The notes under the pieces are model-generated. The model was not told the DNA's origin, did not search any database, and was given only the letters and a program-made list of their open reading frames with translations. Below are positions 23,631 through 29,377 of a DNA stretch of 29,377 nucleotides, piece after piece. Made by a program: the position numbers and the translations under genes. The first letter of the stretch is position 1; each line of letters starts with the position of its first letter. The stretch is from a virus. Location of the stretch: IMG/VR virus record IMGVR_UViG_3300045988_091431. One strand, 5' to 3'.

Positions 23631-26396
23631 TCACATATAAGCCAACGCGTTCAAAGCGTCACGCTGCTGCCGCTCAATCCGCTTCGCAAACTCGGCAGGA
23701 TCACCATACGTCGGGCCATTCACATTCACCACAACACTCTTATCATTCTCACGCCGATACCGGTCATACGGGGTAAACGAGCCCACAGACGATCGCACAC
23801 CAAACCGGGCATCAACAGCATCCGGAAGCTGCGAAGCAACACCCGACATCGCATCCAACGCCAAACCAGCATTACCAGTAATACCCTCAGCCAAACCGGC
23901 AACAACCTGCCGGCCAACCTCGTCACGAAACACCCGAGACGGGGAATGAATACCCAGAGCAGACTTCGCCGCACTAGCAATCTGGGAACCCATGTTACGC
24001 ACCGTATCCAACAGTCCACTCATAGCATTCTTAATACCGTTACCCAAACCGGCAACAACATTATGGCCAGCAGACACCAACAGGGACCCCATGTTACCCA
24101 AGGCGCCCCTAATATTACTGGGAAGATTCCTGAAAAAACCTATCACACTATGCACACCACTAGACACAGCCGAGCCCATAGCATGCATAGCAGAAGAAGC
24201 CGCACCCCTCGCAGCGTTAAACCCGGACGAGGCAGCACCACGAACCCTAGACGCCATCGACCCGAAAAACCCGCCAACAGCAGACGCCACCGAAGACACA
24301 ACACTCCGGATAGCATTCATCGCAGAAGAAACAGCGCCACGAGCCGCGTTAAAACCAGACCTCACATGGCTAGCCACTGAAGAACCCAGCCGGGCAAAAA
24401 ACCCAACAACAGCGTTCACACCGCCAGAAACAATCGACTTGAAACCGTTAATAAACGCAGACGTAAACGCCCTAATATGATTCCAGCCAGCCTGAACCAC
24501 CGAACCCATACGCGCCAAACCAGACACAAAATGGGCAACAACCCACGAGATGACACGGGCAACAGCGGCAATAACACGGGCCACAGCCGACACGACAGCA
24601 CCAACAATACGGGCAACAAACCCGACCACGGCCGCCACCATCGGAGCCACAACAGCAAGAATACGGGCAACCACCTGTATCACAACCGCAACAACCTGAA
24701 CCACCACACGCATAACAGACATGATGACTGGTATCAACGACCGGATCAGGCCAATAATCGGTGGCAGCACAGACATGACAGCACCCAAAATCTGCTGAAT
24801 CACAGGCATCAACACCGGCACCAACTGCATGACCACGCCAACAACCTGACGTATCACAGCCACAACAGCCTGCAACACCGGCATAAGCGCAGGCAACAAC
24901 ATGGCAGCAACCTGCGTCACCGCACCAATAATCTGCGTGATCACAGGAACCAGCCGGGCGACAAGCATACTAATCACAGGCATAAGCTGCGCAGCCAACC
25001 CGGCAACCATACCGATAATCTGGCCAAACACTGGCGCCAACCGTGCCACCAAACCAGCAATTAGACCAAACAGCGGCTGAATAGCGGCCATGATCTGGCC
25101 CAAAGCCTGGCCAACCACAGCCACAAGCTGCATCACCGCGGCACGGAACTGGGCGTTCGTAGCAAACATTGCCGCAAACAGCCCGATCACAATCCCGACA
25201 GGGCCACCCAGGGCGCGAAACACGCCGCCAAGCCCGCCAGCGGCACCCTTCAAAGCACTAAACGACGGCAACAGATTCTTCAACGACACCGCCAACGGGG
25301 CAAACCCCGCAACAAGCTTCCCCACACCGGCAGCAACAATACCAAACACTGCGGTGCCGCCAGCAAACATGGCAGCCAAATTCACTTTAGGGACAGGCAA
25401 ATGCATTCTCGCAAAAATGCCCTTCAACTGCTCCACCTTGGCGCGCATCTGTGCATTCATTCTTGTGATCATGCCCGGCATACGGTTAATCCACGCCAAA
25501 ATAGACGGCATCATCCGCTGAATACCCTGATCCACCGACGCAAACAGGGGCTTCACAGACTCCGTGATAGACTTGATAACCGGATTCAACGCAACAAAAA
25601 TCTGCCTCAGGCCGTTAAGAAACGGCGCCATAGCCGTAGCACCAAGATAGCCCAGGGCGCTCTTAACATTCTTCATGGCGCCCTCAAACGTCTTTCCAGA
25701 CGCCTGCGCAGCACCACCCATGCCAAGCTTCATCGCAGCCGCAAACGTGTTAAAATCAATCTGCCCCTTCGACACCATCTGCGACACCTCAGCCGAGGTT
25801 TTACCCGTCTGCCTGGCAAGCAAAGACAGCACAGGAACACCCGCCATCGTAAGCTGCAACATGTCATCGCCCTGCAACTTACCGCGAGCCATCACAGACG
25901 TAAAAATAGCGCCCGTATCCTGAAACGACTTACCAGAAATATAAGACACATCGGCGACAGTCTTCAACACATCCGTCATCTGCCCGCCAGACTTCACACC
26001 CGAAGCAGACAACGCCGCAGCCGTAGACGCCGCATCACCCAACGCATACGACGTACCAGTCACAGCCTCAATAGCCGAATTCATAATCGAAGACGTGTCA
26101 GACGACGTGTGACCCAAACCAGTCAGTTTAGCCTGAGCCTCATCAATAGCCATCGCCCTAGCTATACCGCCACCAATAGTCACATCATAAATCGACTTGA
26201 GGCCCTTCTTAGCAACATTGATGGCGCCCACCATTGCGGCACCACCAAGAGCCAACTTCATACCCTTAGCAAACAGACCACCCGAACGCTGACCCTCCGC
26301 AGGCATCACCCCAGAAAGCTGTTTACCAACATCACTTTTAAGGCCAGGCATCTTCGTATACAACGACACATATGCGGAAGCAATCTCACCAGACAT
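23631..26396 (-). CDS. Tape measure protein (921 aa)
   Basis: Longest gene. Extended hydrophobic repeat region (VARL/PV.. repeats). Follows the chaperone pair. Confidence 0.85.
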   Translation of the reverse strand: MSGEIASAYVSLYTKMPGLKSDVGKQLSGVMPAEGQRSGGLFAKGMKLALGGAAMVGAINVAKKGLKSIYDVTIGGGIARAMAIDEAQAKLTGLGHTSSDTSSIMNSAIEAVTGTSYALGDAASTAAALSASGVKSGGQMTDVLKTVADVSYISGKSFQDTGAIFTSVMARGKLQGDDMLQLTMAGVPVLSLLARQTGKTSAEVSQMVSKGQIDFNTFAAAMKLGMGGAAQASGKTFEGAMKNVKSALGYLGATAMAPFLNGLRQIFVALNPVIKSITESVKPLFASVDQGIQRMMPSILAWINRMPGMITRMNAQMRAKVEQLKGIFARMHLPVPKVNLAAMFAGGTAVFGIVAAGVGKLVAGFAPLAVSLKNLLPSFSALKGAAGGLGGVFRALGGPVGIVIGLFAAMFATNAQFRAAVMQLVAVVGQALGQIMAAIQPLFGLIAGLVARLAPVFGQIIGMVAGLAAQLMPVISMLVARLVPVITQIIGAVTQVAAMLLPALMPVLQAVVAVIRQVVGVVMQLVPVLMPVIQQILGAVMSVLPPIIGLIRSLIPVIMSVMRVVVQVVAVVIQVVARILAVVAPMVAAVVGFVARIVGAVVSAVARVIAAVARVISWVVAHFVSGLARMGSVVQAGWNHIRAFTSAFINGFKSIVSGGVNAVVGFFARLGSSVASHVRSGFNAARGAVSSAMNAIRSVVSSVASAVGGFFGSMASRVRGAASSGFNAARGAASSAMHAMGSAVSSGVHSVIGFFRNLPSNIRGALGNMGSLLVSAGHNVVAGLGNGIKNAMSGLLDTVRNMGSQIASAAKSALGIHSPSRVFRDEVGRQVVAGLAEGITGNAGLALDAMSGVASQLPDAVDARFGVRSSVGSFTPYDRYRRENDKSVVVNVNGPTYGDPAEFAKRIERQQRDALNALAYM

Positions 26397-26403
26397 ACAC
26401 TAT

Positions 26404-27086
26404 TCACCCCATAATATTAATCTCGCGAGACACCCCGCCACCGGCACGAACACGCGCCAAAATATCGTCCACCTGCCCAGACGTAAACCGGGCCCTACGC
26501 TCATCCGTAGGCCTCGCCACAGGCTCCGGCTGCCCCTCACTATTAGCAGACCTGTAATGATCCAACATGTCCAACACAGCCCACTCGCACCACTCAAACG
26601 GGCGCTGCCAACCATTCAGGTGGGCCGCCAACTGGCTAGACGTATCGGTACACAACACGCCAGCCAGCCGGACAGCCTCACCCCAACACATCTGCGGGCC
26701 ACCAACACTATAAACAGAAACACCAAACTTGGTGCGGAAATCGTATTCGATGGCCCCACGATAATCATCAATCAGGCCGTGGAGCCAAACTATTCCCCCA
26801 GCGAGGCACCCTTACCGTCAGGCTTATATTCCATCCACTGGCGGAAAATCTCGGCCACACGAACCATAGGAAGCCCCTCCAAGGCCTCCACAGCATCCTC
26901 TGGGGCGGCAGCCTCCAACATGGAAAACATCACCTCAACCTGGGCGAAATCAGCAGACTCCCCAGACTGGGCAATCCTGGCGGCACGGCGAAAAACGCGG
27001 GCAGGAACAGCCTGCGCTGTTTCCTCCGCATCCGCCAACACCCAGCTACGGTCACCAATCTTCAACGTGTAACCTGTGTCACTCAT
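26404..27086 (-). CDS. Tail assembly chaperone, G-T fusion made by -1 programmed frameshifting at CUGGGGGAAUAG (26793-26802). The T frame is open from 26811 to 26404
   Basis: I hand-translated the -1 frame: ...GCLAGGIVWLHGLIDDYRGAIEYDFRTKFGVSVYSVGGPQMCWGEAV... reads through in-frame. The frame relationship is exactly -1. Confidence 0.7.
26790..27086 (-). CDS. Tail assembly chaperone, G-type product (98 aa)
   Basis: Short acidic ORF between the major tail and tape measure genes, ending at a G5 run before its stop. Confidence 0.75.
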   Translation of the reverse strand: MSDTGYTLKIGDRSWVLADAEETAQAVPARVFRRAARIAQSGESADFAQVEVMFSMLEAAAPEDAVEALEGLPMVRVAEIFRQWMEYKPDGKGASLGE

Positions 27087-27114
27087 CTATCAACAATCCC
27101 TCAAACTATGTGTA

Positions 27115-27771
27115 TCAGTTATTAGACGGCGGATTCGGATCCGGCTCAGGCTTAGGCGGCTTAGGAGGCTCCGGCTTCGGAGAAGGAGGAACCGGGGGAG
27201 TATCAGCTTTTAAAGCCGTCATCCACCCCCGACCAGACACCGCATCACCCTTCTTATTAATCTGGGCAGGGTAAGCCTTCAACGTCACACCATACCCGTA
27301 CACTTCGCCATTCTTGCCCTTGATCTCGTCACGATCGATCAACTCAACCTCAGGGAAATAGTAGCGAATAACCTGATCGCCATCAATAATATCCATCAAC
27401 AGGGCGTGCACGCCAGTGGTGGCACCCGGAGAAATATCGAACGAACCCGAATCGGCTCCGGCAGTAACCTTCGACTGCCAAAACAGTTCGATAACCTCCT
27501 TCTTAGACTCGATCAGCTGGAAAGAAATCTCGATAGACGACTCGGTGGCAACCGTGCGAACAACATCCGCATTCTGCCAAGCCTTCAAATCATCCGTTTT
27601 ACGCTCAGGCTTAATCTTAAACCCGTCATCAGACAGATACCCTAAAGCGGTAAGACCGTCAGGAACCGTCTTCACACCATCAATAGTGTCACCGGCATGA
27701 GCTTTACCAATATAGACGTCACCCGTAACAGCAGAGCGAACATTAGACGCTTTACGTGTTGCAGCCATCAT
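27115..27771 (-). CDS. Major tail protein (about 218 aa) with a proline-rich C-terminal tail (PPVPPSPKPEPPKPPKPEPDPNPPSNN)
   Basis: Position upstream of the chaperones and TMP. The ATG pair at 27771/27768 is preceded by GGGGG; the ATG at 27780 has no SD. Confidence 0.8.
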   Translation of the reverse strand: MMAATRKASNVRSAVTGDVYIGKAHAGDTIDGVKTVPDGLTALGYLSDDGFKIKPERKTDDLKAWQNADVVRTVATESSIEISFQLIESKKEVIELFWQSKVTAGADSGSFDISPGATTGVHALLMDIIDGDQVIRYYFPEVELIDRDEIKGKNGEVYGYGVTLKAYPAQINKKGDAVSGRGWMTALKADTPPVPPSPKPEPPKPPKPEPDPNPPSNN

Positions 27772-27780
27772 AACCCCCAT

Positions 27781-27819
27781 TAAATATCAAACAATTACAT
27801 TAAAACAAAAACAATAAGC
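27781..27819 (-). promoter_or_regulatory. AT-rich intergenic region upstream of the major tail gene (TTGTTTTTGTTTTAATGTAATTGTTTGATATTTA on the minus strand). Possible internal promoter or expression enhancer
   Basis: The only strongly AT-rich intergenic spacer in the late operon. Contains TTGTTT and TAATGT / ATATTT-like hexamers. Confidence 0.25.
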
Positions 27820-28191
27820 TTATTCAGACTCCGCAGGCCTACATATAAGCTCAAAAAGCGAATACACATCAAACCTTGCGCCATCAACCAGCAAATCAGG
27901 GCCAGTAGACCGTTTACAGTACACCACAGGGTCACCGTCCACACCATCAGCCAGCACAGCCTCAACACGACGCGCCAACGACATAGCCCGATCAGGCATA
28001 TCAGAAAACACGTTCACCCGCAAAAACACTCGCTCACGAACATGCAACTGCGGGCCACCATCCAACGCCAACCAAATCAGATCACCGCCGAAATCGTCAG
28101 GCACCGTCCCAGTACACGGTATATCAGACAGCCAGCCATCATCCGCCAGGACACGTTTAGCCCACACACGCGGATCACCGTAAACGATCAC
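27820..28191 (-). CDS. Tail terminator / neck protein (123 aa)
   Basis: Position in the head-tail joining block. GTG start overlapping the upstream stop (GTGA). Confidence 0.55.
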   Translation of the reverse strand: MIVYGDPRVWAKRVLADDGWLSDIPCTGTVPDDFGGDLIWLALDGGPQLHVRERVFLRVNVFSDMPDRAMSLARRVEAVLADGVDGDPVVYCKRSTGPDLLVDGARFDVYSLFELICRPAESE

Positions 28192-28478
28192 GACGCAGCC
28201 CCAATCGAACGAGCCAACGTGCCATGCTTCGCCTCAATACGCTTCCCACCCTTATAGGTGGTGCCAATACGGGCCACAGCCTCAACACGGTGAACCTGCA
28301 CCTCCGACGACAACCCTGCACGATACTGGGCCCTATCGAAAGCATTACCGCCCACATTCGCCGAGGCTGCACGCCTCACACGCTCACCACGCTCAGCCAA
28401 CATAGCCTGCACCCCAGAAGACTTCAACACCTCACGAATACCCGGCAAGTTCAGCTTCACACTCACATCCTGAGCCAC
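28188..28478 (-). CDS. Head-tail joining protein (96 aa)
   Basis: Position. GTG start 6 nt after the upstream stop. Confidence 0.55.
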   Translation of the reverse strand: MAQDVSVKLNLPGIREVLKSSGVQAMLAERGERVRRAASANVGGNAFDRAQYRAGLSSEVQVHRVEAVARIGTTYKGGKRIEAKHGTLARSIGAAS

Positions 28479-28484
28479 AACCCA

Positions 28485-28832
28485 TCAGCCCTTCTTACGC
28501 TTCACATTGATCTGCGTACCAGCATCCCAACCGGACATGGGGTGATGCCACACGATAGGAGACCCGTCAGCCTCCCACACAACACCCCGGATACGCCACC
28601 GGCAACGATAATCAGCACCCACAACAGGGGACTTGAAAAGCATCGACCAATGCTCATAATCAGAGTCACGCCCCGCGGCCTCATCCTCCTGCGACAACGA
28701 AGCATAGATGGCCACGTTATGGTACACAGTCTCGACAGGCTTAGACCAGTCTTCCACCTTGTCGCCAAGATCATCGACACGAACAGTCGGTTGAAGCATC
28801 ACAACCGTTTCACCGTAAGGAAAACTGGTCAT
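28485..28832 (-). CDS. Head closure / head-tail joining protein (about 115 aa from the ATG at 28832)
   Basis: GGGAGA 6 nt upstream of the ATG at 28832. The ORF-track extension to 28988 would overlap the connector gene by 150 nt. Confidence 0.55.
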   Translation of the reverse strand: MTSFPYGETVVMLQPTVRVDDLGDKVEDWSKPVETVYHNVAIYASLSQEDEAAGRDSDYEHWSMLFKSPVVGADYRCRWRIRGVVWEADGSPIVWHHPMSGWDAGTQINVKRKKG

Positions 28833-28833
28833 A

Positions 28834-29295
28834 TCATATCTCCCACAAAGGGCCAGCGTAGCCGTTAATATCAGATCCGCACGAGCAACCCTCACCCCAC
28901 ACAGTGGAACACACCTCAGAATGTGCATATCGACCATTAATAGTGGGTGTGATAGTGAACGCTTTACCAGCCCCACCATCACCCTCACACAACTTCTTCA
29001 ACGCAGCAATCTCAGAAGGCCACAACAAATTCGTGGGAGTATTAGACCGTGTAGTCTGAGCAAACGGGCCCGCAGACTCATACTGCACCTGACCCGAAAC
29101 CCCGGTATCATTCCAGCGCAACAAAGCCCTACGCAGAATAGCCTTAGCGGCATCCCTATATTTGAAATCCGGTTTAGCGATACAGGGGGCGACACTGACA
29201 GCCACAGCCTCCACATCGGCAATCATCGCCTCAAGCTTCCCCGCAGGAATATCGGCGAAAGGCTCAATATCCTCAGGCTTCAAAATGATACCCAT
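28834..29295 (-). CDS. Head-tail connector / adaptor protein (about 153 aa from the ATG at 29295; the ORF-track GTG at 29322 lacks an SD)
   Basis: AGGGGGTGG 9 nt upstream of the ATG at 29295. Directly downstream of the capsid gene on the circular map (capsid stop at 98-100 corresponds to 29336-29338). Confidence 0.6.
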   Translation of the reverse strand: MGIILKPEDIEPFADIPAGKLEAMIADVEAVAVSVAPCIAKPDFKYRDAAKAILRRALLRWNDTGVSGQVQYESAGPFAQTTRSNTPTNLLWPSEIAALKKLCEGDGGAGKAFTITPTINGRYAHSEVCSTVWGEGCSCGSDINGYAGPLWEI

Positions 29296-29377
29296 CAACA
29301 CCACCCCCTGCACATAGTACACATTCGCTTATCTTATATCAGTTACCAGCCGGAGGATTAGGATCAGGCTTCGGGGC
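29239..29377. repeat. Second copy of the 139-bp terminal overlap (same sequence as 1-139)
   Basis: Verbatim identity with 1-139. Confidence 0.9.

Noticed and set aside
24477-26414. Two long plus-strand ORFs (195 and 337 aa) antisense to the tape measure gene
   Set aside because: His/Arg/Asn-rich repeats mirror the TMP hydrophobic repeats on the other strand. No starts with RBS.
1-29377. Lysogeny module (integrase, repressor, excisionase, attP), tRNA genes, and toxin or defence islands
   Set aside because: I scanned all translated ORFs for recombinase (R..H..R..Y, serine-recombinase) signatures and the non-coding DNA for tRNA-like cloverleaf features and found none. The phage appears strictly lytic or carrier-state, which fits its proposed family.

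Overview
The window is one complete, circularly permuted phage genome: 29,238 bp unique, with bases 1-139 repeated verbatim at 29239-29377 (assembly overlap). Gene content, gene order and size resemble the ~29.5 kb Cutibacterium (Propionibacterium) acnes siphoviruses (Pahexavirus-like), shown here in reverse complement of the usual orientation. The minus strand carries one long late/structural operon. In transcription order it runs: HNH endonuclease, cos, small and large terminase, portal, MuF-like head protein, scaffold, major capsid, four head-tail joining proteins, major tail protein, tail chaperones with a -1 frameshift, tape measure, three minor tail proteins, a small membrane protein, a collagen-like protein, amidase endolysin, holin. 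The operon wraps across the window junction. The plus strand (8270-18130) carries a tightly packed early/replication operon. It encodes tandem paralogous small proteins, small membrane proteins, a Cas4/RecB-like nuclease, a DnaB-like helicase, an Hjc-like nuclease, a DnaG primase split over two frames, a calcineurin-like phosphoesterase, and sigma-2-like and sigma-4-like proteins in separate genes. It ends at a hairpin terminator facing the holin gene. The 11-mer AAGCCGTACGA at 5700-5710 is the complement of TCGTACGGCTT, which I recall as the 3' cohesive end of C. acnes phages; this puts the physical genome ends there, immediately upstream of the terminase genes. The most unusual part is a ~2.2 kb ORF-poor block (6065-8269, about 8% of the genome). 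It holds a ~770 bp low-GC island packed with short iterated motifs, three copies of a ~35 bp GC-rich hairpin element, a 55-nt polypurine tract, and repeated CTAGAATCGA boxes next to -10-like hexamers. It is a candidate origin, partition or regulatory region, or non-coding RNA locus. Other points of interest are similar proline-rich C-terminal tails (~75% nucleotide identity) on both the major capsid and major tail proteins, a conserved start-associated cassette at three early genes, and different translation-initiation signals in the two arms. I found no integrase, repressor, CRISPR array or tRNA. All product calls come from motifs read in the translations and from synteny; no database searches were run.
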